A DNA stretch of 64,000 nucleotides, taken from positions 1,850,286-1,914,285 of the forward strand of contig MTMF02000009.1 in NCBI GenBank assembly GCA_002011125.2, given 5' to 3'. The notes beneath the pieces are model-generated. The model did not search any database, was not told the DNA's origin, and was given only the letters and a program-made list of their open reading frames with translations. Positions within the stretch are counted from its first letter, which is position 1, and each line of letters begins with the position of its first letter. The translations under genes were made by a program, and so were the position numbers. Shown here in pieces: positions 19,157-29,950 of this stretch. Origin of the DNA: Candidatus Hydrothermarchaeum profundi. Its GTDB lineage: Archaea; Hydrothermarchaeota; Hydrothermarchaeia; Hydrothermarchaeales; Hydrothermarchaeaceae.

Positions 19157-20152
19157 ATGATTGGGATGATCCTCTGTGGGGGCTATGGCAAGAGGCTTAG
19201 CCCTTTAACTGAAAGCATACCAAAGGCTCTAATAGAGATAAAAGACGGGTACACCATCCTCGATAAACAGCTTTTTGATTTTAGGAATGCTGGCGTAGAC
19301 GAAGTTATTTTATTAACTGGGTATCTCTCTGAACGGATAGAAGAGAGATATGGAGATAATTATAATGGAATGAGAATCCTTTATGAAAAAGAGAATAAGC
19401 CCCTAGGTACTTTAATGGCTATAAAAATGGGACTGAATAGAGCTGGAGAGGATGTAGTAATCCGGAATGGAGATGTAGTTTCAGATGTAAATATTAGAAA
19501 GATGGCAACCAGAGCAAAACAGTCTACCTATCCAATCACTGTTTATATAACTAGGATGAGAAGCCCATATGGGGTTGTTGAGATAGGAGAGGATAGCATA
19601 AAATCCTTCGAGGAAAAACCTCTACTAGATTATTATATAAACGCCGGTATCTACTATGCTAAGCAAGAAGCCTTTGAACTATTTGAAGGATTTGACTCAG
19701 GAGATGTGGAGAAGACCCTGTTTCCCATATTAGCTAGAGATAACAAACTTGGATTCTACAAGGAAGATGCCTTCTGGATGTCCATCGATACCACAAAGGA
19801 TCTAGAGGAGATCAGACGGGAATATGAAAATAGAAAAGACAAACCATGGGGATGGGAGAAGATCCAAATTAGTACCGAGAAATATCTTACAAAAGAACTC
19901 TATATAAAAGAAGGGTATCAAACGTCATTCCACTATCATAACAATAAAGATGAAACTATGTTTGTGATCAAAGGCTCAGGTTATATTCAGTTCAAGAACA
20001 AAAAAGAATATTTCAAGAAAAATGACAAACTTAGGATAAAGCCTAAAGTACCTCACTCGATTCATGCCTATGAAAATACGATAATTCAGGAAGTCTCTAC
20101 GCCACATCCTCTAGATACCGTGAGAGTCGAAGACCTTTATGGCCGAGAGTAG
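19157..20152 (+). CDS. NDP-sugar pyrophosphorylase fused to C-terminal cupin (mannose-6-P isomerase-like)
   Basis: [14 protein letters not shown] and KPWG.E...SFHYH..KDET. Confidence 0.85.
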   Translation: MIGMILCGGYGKRLSPLTESIPKALIEIKDGYTILDKQLFDFRNAGVDEVILLTGYLSERIEERYGDNYNGMRILYEKENKPLGTLMAIKMGLNRAGEDVVIRNGDVVSDVNIRKMATRAKQSTYPITVYITRMRSPYGVVEIGEDSIKSFEEKPLLDYYINAGIYYAKQEAFELFEGFDSGDVEKTLFPILARDNKLGFYKEDAFWMSIDTTKDLEEIRREYENRKDKPWGWEKIQISTEKYLTKELYIKEGYQTSFHYHNNKDETMFVIKGSGYIQFKNKKEYFKKNDKLRIKPKVPHSIHAYENTIIQEVSTPHPLDTVRVEDLYGRE

Positions 20153-20260
20153 AATTTTATATTATTTTAGCTTCTTTTCAGAGGACCCATCACTTTTCCT
20201 GCGCTCTAGGATAAGAGAGTTATAGGTAATAACTCACTTGTTTATGTAAGGTGTTTAGAA

Positions 20261-20506
20261 ATGGAAGTAAAGCTGTATTGTATTTGGTGTGGTGGAAAAC
20301 TAGGAGTAGAAGATGAACACATATTTTGCTTTAACTGCGATACGATATACTCTAACATCCTCCTATCTGAAAGTGAAGTAAAAAAAGAAAACCAGATAAT
20401 ATTTGAGAAAAGCATTAGCATCGATTGTTTAAGTATTAAAGATCAGAAAAATCCGTCTATTGAAAACCATACTTTCCTACTAGAATCAGCTGCAATCTAT
20501 GAATAA
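20261..20506 (+). CDS. Small Zn-ribbon protein
   Basis: CIWCGG...CFNC. Confidence 0.55.
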   Translation: MEVKLYCIWCGGKLGVEDEHIFCFNCDTIYSNILLSESEVKKENQIIFEKSISIDCLSIKDQKNPSIENHTFLLESAAIYE

Positions 20507-20507
20507 C

Positions 20508-20560
20508 GAGAGGGAACCTCCATCGCTAATACCCCCTTTGTGGCGGCTCCCTCTCTCATT
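20508..20560 (+). terminator. Hairpin followed by T-rich tract
   Basis: GAGAGGGAACC (20508-18) / GGCTCCCTCTC (20545-55), one mismatch. Confidence 0.45.
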
Positions 20561-20607
20561 TATTATTTGGAAATATTTATACATGCATAAAAAAAATGTG
20601 ATATTAT

Positions 20608-21714
20608 ATGGGGAAATTTAAGGATATATTGGCGTATGACGAAACGCTTTTTAAAGATGAAAGAGTCTTCGATCAGGATTATATTCCCAAAGACTTTAAT
20701 TACCGTGATTCTCAGCTAGAGGCTATTGCAGTATGTATCAGACCCGCATTAAGAGGAGGAAGACCAATAAATGCTAGAATATTTGGCCCTCCAGCAACAG
20801 GGAAAACCACCGCAGTAAAACTTGCTTTTAAAGATGTTGAAGAGGTTACAGATAAAGTTGCTTGTGTCCATATAAACTGCCAGGTACATTCATCAAAATT
20901 TGCAGTATTCTCACAAATTCATAAGAAAGTAGTTGGCCATGCTCCACCTGAAACGGGAGTACCTTTTCCTAGGGTTTATGAGGCTGTATTCAAAAAATTA
21001 GCGAGAAACGGAAAAAGTCTAATCGTAGCATTAGATGATATGAACTACTTATTTTATGATAGACATGCCAATGAGATAATCTATGATATCTTAAGGGCTT
21101 ATGAGATATTTCCTGGCGCAAAAACAGCTATCTTTAGTATCTTATCTGAGCTGGAGTTTCCTTATAAGCTTGACTCAAAGGTAGCCTCAATGTTTAGACC
21201 CCAAGAAATATTCTTTCAACCTTACAAATATAGCGAAATTTTGGATATTCTAAAAGACCGTGCAGAAGTTGGGTTCTACCCCGGAGTAATATCAGAGGAC
21301 CTCATCGAAAAGATAGCCGAATATGCTTTTTCAAATGGCGACTTAAGGGTAGGCATCGAAATATTAAGAGTGAGCGCCCTGATAGCTGAAGCAGAGGCCT
21401 CAAGAAAAGTGAAATTAGAACACGTAGAGAAAGCTCTCGAAAAATCAAAGAATCTCCATTTAAAAAATCTTATCAACTCGCTTAGTTCTGAAGAATTAGA
21501 ACTCCTAAAGATATTGGCATCAGAAAAAGAGAATGAATCAGGTAAGGTTTATGAAATATTTAAAAAAAATACGGGTTTAAGCTATACGAAATTTTATAGG
21601 ATTATAGAAAAGCTTGAGGGGATAAGACTAATAGATACAAAGTTTGCAGATAAAAGCGGGAAAGGAAGAACCAGGAACATTTTCCTTAGAGTAGATAAAA
21701 ATGAGATACCATGA
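20608..21714 (+). CDS. cdc6: Orc1/Cdc6 replication initiator
   Basis: [14 protein letters not shown] Walker B, GDLR, C-terminal wHTH. Confidence 0.93.
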   Translation: MGKFKDILAYDETLFKDERVFDQDYIPKDFNYRDSQLEAIAVCIRPALRGGRPINARIFGPPATGKTTAVKLAFKDVEEVTDKVACVHINCQVHSSKFAVFSQIHKKVVGHAPPETGVPFPRVYEAVFKKLARNGKSLIVALDDMNYLFYDRHANEIIYDILRAYEIFPGAKTAIFSILSELEFPYKLDSKVASMFRPQEIFFQPYKYSEILDILKDRAEVGFYPGVISEDLIEKIAEYAFSNGDLRVGIEILRVSALIAEAEASRKVKLEHVEKALEKSKNLHLKNLINSLSSEELELLKILASEKENESGKVYEIFKKNTGLSYTKFYRIIEKLEGIRLIDTKFADKSGKGRTRNIFLRVDKNEIP

Positions 21715-22214
21715 TCGAAGTTCTTAGACTCGGCCATAGACCTCTACGGGACAAAAGAATCACTACTCACACGGGGCTAGTTGCCAGAGCATTTGGTGCT
21801 GACGGCATAGTGTTGACTACCGAGGACAACGCTGTTATAAATAGCATAAAAAAAGTCGTGAAAAACTGGGGCGGCAATTTCTATGTAAAAGTTATTAAAG
21901 ACTGGGAGAGCTATATCAAAAATTGGAGGGGAGTAGTTGTTCACCTTACCATGTATGGTTTACCTGTAGAAGAGACTATTCGGGACTTAAGAGGCAAGGA
22001 TCTATTAATTATTGTAGGCTCACAGAAAGTTCCAAAAGAAGTATTTGAGCTAGCTGACTTCAATGTATCTATTGGCACCCAACCTCACTCGGAGGTAAGC
22101 GCCTTAGCGATATTCTTAGATAGACTTTTTGAAGGTAGAGAACTCTATAAGGAATTTAACGGACATTTAAAAATTATTCCTTCTGAAAAATCAAAGAAAC
22201 TCCAAAAAATTTAA
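21711..22214 (+). CDS. trm56: tRNA (cytidine56-2'-O)-methyltransferase
   Basis: [28 protein letters not shown]. Confidence 0.95.
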   Translation: MIEVLRLGHRPLRDKRITTHTGLVARAFGADGIVLTTEDNAVINSIKKVVKNWGGNFYVKVIKDWESYIKNWRGVVVHLTMYGLPVEETIRDLRGKDLLIIVGSQKVPKEVFELADFNVSIGTQPHSEVSALAIFLDRLFEGRELYKEFNGHLKIIPSEKSKKLQKI

Positions 22215-22258
22215 TAATAACCAGTACTAATAACATATTGGTGGCAGCCTAGTGAAAT

Positions 22259-22792
22259 TTGTCTGGAGGCACTCTTGTGGATAACGGTAAAACAATTCTA
22301 GCGAATCCTGAAATAAAACAGTTAATTCTTGAACTTGTTGGTGAAGAAGGATTAGATGTAGTCAGAGTCTTAATGGGGAAAAAAGCAACAGATGAAGAAA
22401 TTGCAGAAGAAACGGCCCTAAAAATAAATACTGTGCGAAAAATCCTGTATAAACTCTACGATTATAGACTCGCCAGGTACATTAGAACCAAAGATAAAGA
22501 GATTGGATGGTATATTTATACATGGGAACTCGACTTAGACCGGGCATCAGAAATAGTTTCTGCTAGAAAACAAAGAATTCTTGAAGAGTTAAGTAAGCAA
22601 TTAGAATTTGAAATGAACCATGTATTTTTCAGCTGTAAAAACGACTTTTCAAAAATTCCTTTCGGAGAGGCAAGTGAAAACAACTTCAGATGCCCGAAAT
22701 GCAATGGGATTTTAGAGTATGTAGATAATCAAGAGAATATAATGAAACTCGAAAAGGAAATAGAGAGACTTAAAAGAACTTTAAAACACTAA
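22259..22792 (+). CDS. tfe: Transcription factor E alpha
   Basis: TDEEIAE..NTVRKILY.LY, GWYIYTW, FRCPKC. Confidence 0.95.
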   Translation: MSGGTLVDNGKTILANPEIKQLILELVGEEGLDVVRVLMGKKATDEEIAEETALKINTVRKILYKLYDYRLARYIRTKDKEIGWYIYTWELDLDRASEIVSARKQRILEELSKQLEFEMNHVFFSCKNDFSKIPFGEASENNFRCPKCNGILEYVDNQENIMKLEKEIERLKRTLKH

Positions 22793-22796
22793 TTTT

Positions 22797-23294
22797 ATGA
22801 AAGACTTAGAAATTTTTAGAAAATTAAATTGCCCAGAAAATGTGATCCAACATTGTCTTGCAGTTTCCAAAAATGCTGTTCTAATAGCTGAAAAGGTAAG
22901 AATACCTATAGACAAAGAGCTGGTAAGACTAGGTGGACTTTTTCATGACATTGGAAGATGTAGAACCCACAGTATACGCCATGCCATTGAAGGAAGCAAA
23001 TTAATCCGTAAACTAGATTTAGGAGAAGAGATTGCCAATATAGCCGAACGGCATATAGGAGCAGGCATTACACCAGAGGAAGCTAAAAAATTAGGACTCC
23101 CGGTTAAGGATTATACTCCTCGGAGTCCAGAAGAAAAAATAGTAGCTTATGCAGACAATCTAACTCAAGGGAATGGCATGATATCCTTTGAGGAGAGCCT
23201 CAAGAGATTTAAAAGGGAATTGGGGGAAGATCACCCCTCGATAAAGAGAATGATAGACCTCCATAAGGAAATACAGGCGTGGATTAATAGATAG
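22797..23294 (+). CDS. HD-domain protein (TIGR00295-like)
   Basis: HDIGR, ERHIGAG, EEKIVAYAD. Confidence 0.9.
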   Translation: MKDLEIFRKLNCPENVIQHCLAVSKNAVLIAEKVRIPIDKELVRLGGLFHDIGRCRTHSIRHAIEGSKLIRKLDLGEEIANIAERHIGAGITPEEAKKLGLPVKDYTPRSPEEKIVAYADNLTQGNGMISFEESLKRFKRELGEDHPSIKRMIDLHKEIQAWINR

Positions 23295-23787
23295 TGATTT
23301 TTTTTATCCCTTCAAGGCTTTTTAATTCCTCAAGGAGTTCTCCACTTATCTCATGCTCCGTAATTACAGTAAGCTCGGGATTTTCTGTGAGATAGGGGTC
23401 ATCTGCAATCGCCTGTCTTATTGAAATCCCATGCTCAGCGATCTTGCTTGCGACTCTGCCGATAATTCCAGGTTCTGATGCATCTTCAGGGGATATAACA
23501 ACTACTCCTAGACCCAAATGGGGGGCTGCGTCTCTTAAAAAAGCAATTGAATGAAGGTTTTGAAAGACTTTTTTAAGATTTTCGTTTTTTATTATCCTTT
23601 CAACTGTCGCATCAACAGCCCGCCTGTCTACACCTAACTCATTAGCTATCTGAGCATGCGCGACCTCTATACCTCCTGCGGATATTCTCCTATTTTTCCC
23701 TATTTGAAATCCTTTTTTTAATAAGAATTGAGCTACCTTCATTTGAGCAGGATACCCTTTGAAATATTTCTCAATTTCCGCCCACAT
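23284..23787 (-). CDS. ACT-domain regulator of amino acid metabolism (archaeal family)
   Basis: IA.ELGVDRR.V HTH, PGII, ISIRQAIADDP. Confidence 0.85.
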   Translation of the reverse strand: MWAEIEKYFKGYPAQMKVAQFLLKKGFQIGKNRRISAGGIEVAHAQIANELGVDRRAVDATVERIIKNENLKKVFQNLHSIAFLRDAAPHLGLGVVVISPEDASEPGIIGRVASKIAEHGISIRQAIADDPYLTENPELTVITEHEISGELLEELKSLEGIKKITIY

Positions 23788-23883
23788 ATACTTAGTTCTA
23801 TTTAGTTATTTTTTCTTATAAATCCATGCATTGAGATTCATGCTATATGCTATTTTTTAATGAAATGTTATCTTAGTACTATA

Positions 23884-23910
23884 GTGTTACTATATAGGAA
23901 ATAGTAATAC
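23884..23910. promoter_or_regulatory. NikR-like inverted-repeat operator upstream of cbiM
   Basis: GTGTTACTAT-N7-ATAGTAATAC (9/10 match); the same GTGTTACTAT recurs at 23975-23984 over the start codon. Confidence 0.6.
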
Positions 23911-23982
23911 AATTAGTATATAAGAAGAAATTTTTACGCAGAAAAGTATATATAGTATTATTTTTTTAAAAAAAGTGTTACT

Positions 23983-24624
23983 ATGCATATTCCAGACGGC
24001 TTTATACCTCTATGGCAATGCGCGATATATTTTGCAATCGCATTACCTTTCATAATAAAGTCATTCAAATGGGCTCGAAAGGAGATGGGAGAAGCTAATC
24101 TACCACTCTTTGCTACTCTTGCTGCAGGCATTTTTGCAATCCAGGGATTAAACATCCCTATACCTTGGGGAACAAGTGGCCACATGGTAGGCGGTGTTAT
24201 GACCGCAATCCTCCTTGGAAGCCCTTATGCTGGAGTACTTTTACTGACTATAGTACTGATGATTCAAAGCTTACTATTCGCAGATGGAGGAATCACCACA
24301 TTAGGTGCAAACATCCTTGACATGGGAATAATAAGCACTTACGTGGGATTTTACATATTTAAAAGCTTAAAATATAGATTAAACATATCGGTTGCATCCT
24401 TTACTGGAGCATGGCTAGGGTTATTCTTATCGTCATTAGCTGTAGCCATACAACTTGCTATTGCAGGCACTTTTCCTTTAATTCAAGGGCTTTTTTTTAT
24501 GGGGCTCTATCATACTATTATCGGCCTAATAGCTGAGGGAACTCTAACAAGCATAGTTATTACGACCTGCCTAAAAGTAAGTCCTGGGCTTTTCCCAGCC
24601 ATATCGGAGGAGGCAATGCGATGA
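23983..24624 (+). CDS. cbiM: ECF Co/Ni transporter substrate-binding component
   Basis: MHIPDGF N-terminus, GTSGH, DGGITTLGAN. Confidence 0.93.
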   Translation: MHIPDGFIPLWQCAIYFAIALPFIIKSFKWARKEMGEANLPLFATLAAGIFAIQGLNIPIPWGTSGHMVGGVMTAILLGSPYAGVLLLTIVLMIQSLLFADGGITTLGANILDMGIISTYVGFYIFKSLKYRLNISVASFTGAWLGLFLSSLAVAIQLAIAGTFPLIQGLFFMGLYHTIIGLIAEGTLTSIVITTCLKVSPGLFPAISEEAMR

Positions 24625-24923
24625 ATATTAAAAGAATTGTTATTGTAGGTTTAGGGATCTCTCTTTTAATCTCTGTTCTATCCCCTTATCTAGCTTCAAC
24701 TAATCCTGATGGGCTCGAAAGTACTGCTCAAAAATTTGAAGACGTTATAGGCAAGGAGTATCACGCGATACAATCGCCATTTTCAGATTACTTAGTGCCC
24801 CAATTCGGTGATAGCAAAAAATCAAGCATGCTAGCATTAGTATTAGGAACGCTAATAACTTTTGGAGTTGGCTACATTGTCGTTAAAGTCATAAGAAAAC
24901 GGGATTTTCATGCAAATAATTGA
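24621..24923 (+). CDS. PDGLE-domain ECF accessory subunit (NikN/CbiN-like)
   Basis: ASTNPDGLE motif, two TMs. Confidence 0.88.
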   Translation: MNIKRIVIVGLGISLLISVLSPYLASTNPDGLESTAQKFEDVIGKEYHAIQSPFSDYLVPQFGDSKKSSMLALVLGTLITFGVGYIVVKVIRKRDFHANN

Positions 24924-25785
24924 AACCAAAAACCTACGATACGTTTACTCCGACGGAACAGAAGCCCTCAAAAACGTAAATTTCCAAGCCTACGAAAATG
25001 AGATAGTGGCTGTGGTAGGCGCTAATGGCGCGGGGAAGACTACTCTATTTAAGCATTTTAATGGACTCTTAAAACCAACTTCGGGTAAAGTCTTAATTAA
25101 TGGAGAGGAAATAAGAAAAGATAATCTTCTTCAAGTACGTAAGACGGTAGGACTAGTATTCCAAAACCCTGACGACCAGCTTTTTGCACCAACCGTAAAA
25201 CAAGATGTAGCATTTGGGCCGATGAATCTTGGGCTTCCAGAAGATGTCGTAACACATAGAGTTAGAGAGTCCCTAGAGCTAGTTGGGATGTCAGGATTCG
25301 AAGACAGGACACCTCATAACCTAAGTTTCGGCGAGAAGAAAAGGATTGCAATAGCAGGCGTCCTAGCGATGCAGCCCCGTGTTTTGGTGCTTGACGAGCC
25401 TACCTCAGGGTTAGATCCTCAAGGCGTGGTTAAGATCATAGAACTTCTTATAACACTCAAAAAATTAGATATTAGCAGTGTAGTAGCGACACACGATGTA
25501 GATATTGTCCCAATATTTGCCGATAGGGTTTATCTATTACACCACGGAGAAGTTGCCTTAGAGGGAACCCCGGAGGATATCTTTAATGAAAGCCTTATAG
25601 AGGAATCACATCTCAGACTCCCATATATAGCCCAACTTCTCAAGAACTTAAAAGAAGAAGGTTACGATATTGACCTCAAGCTAACTGTGTCTGAAGCGAC
25701 AGACGAGATTGTGAAATTATTGAGGGAGATAAATGGAACTTCTAGATCTAGAAAGAGAGGCATCGAGAGACAGCACGATTCATAG
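24910..25785 (+). CDS. cbiO: ECF transporter ATPase
   Basis: GANGAGKT, FQNPDDQLF, LSFGEKKR, LDEPT. Confidence 0.92.
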   Translation: MQIIETKNLRYVYSDGTEALKNVNFQAYENEIVAVVGANGAGKTTLFKHFNGLLKPTSGKVLINGEEIRKDNLLQVRKTVGLVFQNPDDQLFAPTVKQDVAFGPMNLGLPEDVVTHRVRESLELVGMSGFEDRTPHNLSFGEKKRIAIAGVLAMQPRVLVLDEPTSGLDPQGVVKIIELLITLKKLDISSVVATHDVDIVPIFADRVYLLHHGEVALEGTPEDIFNESLIEESHLRLPYIAQLLKNLKEEGYDIDLKLTVSEATDEIVKLLREINGTSRSRKRGIERQHDS

Positions 25786-26548
25786 AATAGATAGCAAAAT
25801 AAAAGTTATTTCGTTTCTTTTATTAGTTTTTTCTGCTGTATTTATTGGTAGAAGCATAAGCTCAGATTTCTTAAGCCGCATAATTAGTTTAGCCGTATTA
25901 GAGGCTTATCTGCTAGTGATCGTATCATTGGCAAGATTGGATAAATCTTTATTTCTGAAGAGAGTTCTAATGATACTTCCCTTTGGAGGAACAGTAGCGG
26001 TACTAAAACCTTTTGTTGAAGAAGGGGTTCCGATATATACTTTTCCTTTAGGGATTACTGTAACCTACGAAGGTATTAGTGAGGCTATTCTACTCTTATT
26101 TATAATGGTGGTATCAATCTCTTCTATAGTAGTCCTTTCATCTACAACTACAATCCAGGGATTAATAAATTCGATGAAAAAAATAGGATTCCCAAAAGAG
26201 CTAGCTCTCCTATTCGGTATGACATTAAGGTATATCTTCCTGTATGGTGAAACTCTTCAGAAAATTTTAGATGCCCAACGGTCAAGATGCTTTAGCATTA
26301 GAAATAGGAGAGTTAAACTTAGGTACATATTAGAACAATTAGGCTATACCGTAATGATGCTTTTTATAAGGTCTTATGAACACGGTCTAAAAATATACCA
26401 AAGCATGATAAGTAGGTGCTACACCTCTGATTCTACTCTTCTTTTAAGCCAAAGAGGGGTTACTTCTAAAGATATTTTATTCGCAATAGTCAATATCTCC
26501 GTGATCGGAAGTGCAATTTACATTAGCAGCTATGGAATCCCCCCATAA
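25733..26548 (+). CDS. cbiQ: ECF transporter T component
   Basis: IHRIDSKIK, AQRSR, LFIRSYE, MISR. Confidence 0.9.
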   Translation: MELLDLEREASRDSTIHRIDSKIKVISFLLLVFSAVFIGRSISSDFLSRIISLAVLEAYLLVIVSLARLDKSLFLKRVLMILPFGGTVAVLKPFVEEGVPIYTFPLGITVTYEGISEAILLLFIMVVSISSIVVLSSTTTIQGLINSMKKIGFPKELALLFGMTLRYIFLYGETLQKILDAQRSRCFSIRNRRVKLRYILEQLGYTVMMLFIRSYEHGLKIYQSMISRCYTSDSTLLLSQRGVTSKDILFAIVNISVIGSAIYISSYGIPP

Positions 26549-26757
26549 TATTAAGCAATCCGCTCTTTAGGATTATCGAAAGCCTATTTGATAAAAATAA
26601 TTCCTCCCGAGGAATTACCAACACAGCACTTTTCATCTAAAAATCTCTTAACCATCAGCTAAGAGAGGCTTCCTTTATAAAAAGAAACTGATAAAAACTA
26701 CTGGAGTGTCGATGGTGGTCCCGGATAGCATGGTGACGCCGGCACGGTGCTTAGTAG

Positions 26758-26830
26758 TGGGCCCGAAGGGATTTGAACCCTCGACCACCCGGTTATGAGC
26801 CGGGCGCTCTAACCGCTAAGCTACGGGCCC
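26758..26830 (-). tRNA. tRNA with CAT anticodon, most likely tRNA-Ile2 (agmatidine type)
   Basis: GGGCCCGTAGCTTAGCGGTTAGAGCGCCCGGCT-CAT-AACCGGG...GGTTCAAATCCCTTCGGGCCCA; acceptor stem is of archaeal Ile type. Confidence 0.9.
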
Positions 26831-26918
26831 TTCTAACCTCAGATAAATTCATTCAAAAATAAATATATTTCGCCAGAATATTTTGATAAAATATTAATAT
26901 ATATTCTTTTATATATTA

Positions 26919-27611
26919 TTGTTGATGACTAAAGAAAAGGGGGGAGAGGAATTTTTTAAGATACTCTCGCATCCTATACGCTTGAGATTAATTGAATTAA
27001 TACATGAAAACATCCAGTTAAGTTATAGCGAGATCCTTAATACTCTTAAAATAGATGCAGGTCAACTAAATTTTCATCTTAAAAATATGAGAGAACTCTA
27101 TGTAAAATCCAAGGGATATTATATGCTAAACGAAAAAGGAGTGTTTGCATATTCTCTCATCAATAAAGTAAGAAAAATGGAGAGATTAAGAGAATTTAGG
27201 ATTTCCCTCAAAACTGCTCCGCTTTATAAGAGAGTTGTAGCCTCTCTCATCGACGCCGTGCTTTTCGTAGGTTCTCCAGTGACTGTGGTATTGCTTATAA
27301 GCCTACTTACACCGCCTAAAGCTCTTGATCCCATACTGCTAACAGTTTTCGCCATGCTTATAATGTTTTTATCCCTCCTAGTGCTGGCTCCTATGGAGGC
27401 TAGCACTGGGCAGACTATAGGAAAATACATCACTGGGATTAGAGTCGTAAAGGACAGCGGAAGGAAGATAGACTTGTCTGAGAGTACTATTAGAAATGTA
27501 GGGAAGATATATTTTCTACCACTAGATTTACTTTTGGGACTTATGGTTAGGCGGAAAGGTTATCTTAGATTTACATGTTTTATGACCAAATCAGTAGTAG
27601 TTGAAGTATAA
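26919..27611 (+). CDS. ArsR-type wHTH fused to RDD membrane domain
   Basis: FKILSHPIRLRLI...LNFHLK; KRVVASLID, GQTIGK...IRVV, IRNV. Confidence 0.8.
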   Translation: MLMTKEKGGEEFFKILSHPIRLRLIELIHENIQLSYSEILNTLKIDAGQLNFHLKNMRELYVKSKGYYMLNEKGVFAYSLINKVRKMERLREFRISLKTAPLYKRVVASLIDAVLFVGSPVTVVLLISLLTPPKALDPILLTVFAMLIMFLSLLVLAPMEASTGQTIGKYITGIRVVKDSGRKIDLSESTIRNVGKIYFLPLDLLLGLMVRRKGYLRFTCFMTKSVVVEV

Positions 27612-27753
27612 ATTGTGAAAATGAACCGGCAGTACTTACCCTCATCAAATGGAAGATTTTTTATAGCTATAAATTCCATAAAAGTAGTAAAACCAACAAA
27701 AGAGAGAGGTGGGTGAACTTTGAAATCCTGTAAAAATAGAAGGAGGGTTAAGT

Positions 27754-28401
27754 ATGAGTAAAGAAGAGATTTTGAAGAAAGCAGCTGACGCTATTTTAAA
27801 ACAAGACGAGAAGGCTGCTGTTGAAGTTGCAAAGGAAGCGTTAGAAGCGGGTTTAGACCCTGTTGAAGTGATTGAAAAGGGATTTACAGAAGGTATCAGA
27901 GAAGTGGGGGACCTCTTCGATAGGGGTAAGCTTTTTCTCCCGCATGTAATGCTATCAGCAGACGCCATGAAAAAAGCCATCGCAGTTCTTGAGCCTGCTA
28001 TCGGCGAAGGTAAGGGAAAAGAAAAAGTGGGGACCGTCGTAATTGGAACCGTTGAAGGAGATATCCATGAAATCGGGAAAGGAATTGTTTCTATCATGCT
28101 TCAAGTGGCTGGATTCGAGGTCCATGACTTGGGTAGGGACGTGCCATTAAAAAAATTCATAGAAGCCGCAAAGGAAACAAACGCCAACATAGTCGGTGCC
28201 TCAGCTTTAATGACGACTTCCTTACCCGGGCAAAAAGAGCTAATAAATCTGTTGAAAGACGCAGGCATCAGAGATAAGGTTAAGATGATGGTAGGGGGTG
28301 CACCTGCCACTGAGAAATGGGCGCAGAAGATAGGGGCTGACGCCTACGCTGAGAATGCCACAGAGGCTGTGGCAAAGGCAAAAGAATTGGTAACATCATA
28401 A
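27754..28401 (+). CDS. mtbC: Dimethylamine corrinoid protein
   Basis: GDIHEIGK B12 motif, SALMTT; directly upstream of mtbB. Confidence 0.9.
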   Translation: MSKEEILKKAADAILKQDEKAAVEVAKEALEAGLDPVEVIEKGFTEGIREVGDLFDRGKLFLPHVMLSADAMKKAIAVLEPAIGEGKGKEKVGTVVIGTVEGDIHEIGKGIVSIMLQVAGFEVHDLGRDVPLKKFIEAAKETNANIVGASALMTTSLPGQKELINLLKDAGIRDKVKMMVGGAPATEKWAQKIGADAYAENATEAVAKAKELVTS

Positions 28402-28504
28402 GGCCTTCAACCCCCAATCGCCGGTTCGAATGGGTCAAAGGGCCTTTGATGAGAACCAGGGTATAGGTTGAAGGAATATAAAAAAGGAATTAGGAGGTGA
28501 AGTT

Positions 28505-29911
28505 ATGGATTACCGTGTTAGAATTGGAGACGGCTCATTAAAATACCTCTCCAAGAAAGAGATAAAGGAAGACATTGAAGACGGAACCAAGGACGCTGCT
28601 GACCGCGGAGAAATACCAGAACTAACTGATGACGATAAAGAGAGGCTACTTGAAATAGTAACCGAGCCTAATAAGATCGTCAGCGTTTCACCGGGCGAAG
28701 AGGTAGTTATGACAAATGACGTAGGAACACTCACTATCCAAGGTGACCAAGGGAACAGCGGGGTAGGACTACCGCTAGATCGTATACAATGTATACTTAC
28801 TCAAGAGCGTGCTTTTGGATCTGACACAATGGAACTAGCCCACACCGATTACAGCTTCAAACCCGTTAAGCCCATCATAGCAATGGAACAACAAGCTCTC
28901 GAACAGGCAGAACTATTAACAGTGATACCAGTCTTCTATGGAGCAATGCCAAACCTTGGACAGTACTATGTTATAGACGGGCCTTTCCCAAATCCGAATG
29001 ATCTATATAGAGATCTGAAAATAAAAGAAGCTCGCGAGAGCCAGGAGGAATGCGCTGAGCATGCCTCGAACAATATGAGTTGGATAGGTCAAAGACTTTG
29101 GGAGGTAGGATGCGAAGGACTAAACTTCGATACTACCGCCGCAGCCGGAGATACCGACTTCTATGCTACTCTGACAGCTACTGAAGAGTTAAAGAAGACT
29201 ACCTCTGAAATGTGCATAGAAATGGGCATGGCCGCAGAATACGTGCTCGGGATGCATGGGGAGCTAAAATATGGTGGCGAGCTTCTAGCAGGCCTGTATC
29301 CACATCAGCAAGTAAAAGTCGCAGAAAAAGCAGGAGTAGATATATTTGGTCCAGTAGTGAATACCAATACTAGCAAGTCTTTTCCATGGAATATTGCAAG
29401 AGCGCTTACTTTCGTGAAGGAATGCGTAAAACAGTCCAATATACCCATACATGTCAACATGGGAATGGGCGTAGGCGGAATCCCCATGTACGAGACGCCG
29501 CCAGTAGATGCCGTTACAAGGGCTTCTAAGGCAATGGTTCAGATTGCCCACGTCGACGGTATATAGATGGGAGTCGGCGACCCGGTGGGCATGCCTATAA
29601 GCCATATAATGGCATCTGGCATGGGCGGACTTAGAACAGCGGGAGACCTAGTTGCTAGAATGCAGATGAGCAAAAAAATGAGGATTAATGAAGCCAAGGA
29701 GTATGTAGCGAAAAAGCTAAACTTAACTCCAAGCGAGCTCTCAGACGAGTATGTCATGAGAGAAGTGAGAGAAGAGCTGGATATAGGGATTATAACACCA
29801 GTACCGGGAGCAGCGAAAGGGATAGAAGCTAAAGTCAGGATCGCTGAGCTACTGGATATAACTATAAATCCGGTAGAGAGACTAAAAAATAAAGAAAAAT
29901 TCAAAAGCTAA
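28505..29911 (+). CDS. mtbB: Dimethylamine:corrinoid methyltransferase, pyrrolysine at in-frame TAG 29564-29566 (codon 354; 468 aa)
   Basis: Two track ORFs in one frame separated only by TAG; VDGI-O-MGVGDP context matches MtbB. Confidence 0.93.
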
Positions 29912-29950
29912 GTAACCCTCCGGCCAGTAGCTGGCTATGGGTTACTTTAT

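Noticed and set aside
20150-20260. NDP-sugar gene in frame with the Zn-ribbon gene through three TAGs only
   Set aside because: Spacer is T-rich and not protein-like, and would need triple read-through; likely chance
20507-20607. Replication origin next to cdc6
   Set aside because: Only 100 bp, with no ORB repeats or unwinding element recognised
26701-28450. Possible tRNA-Pyl in the GC-rich elements at 26701 and 28401
   Set aside because: Neither forms a cloverleaf with a CTA anticodon; no pylT found in the window
29567-29911. Separate small genes after the TAGs (also 34813..35571 and 49636..50055)
   Set aside because: They are the in-frame C-terminal parts of MtbB, MtmB and MttB
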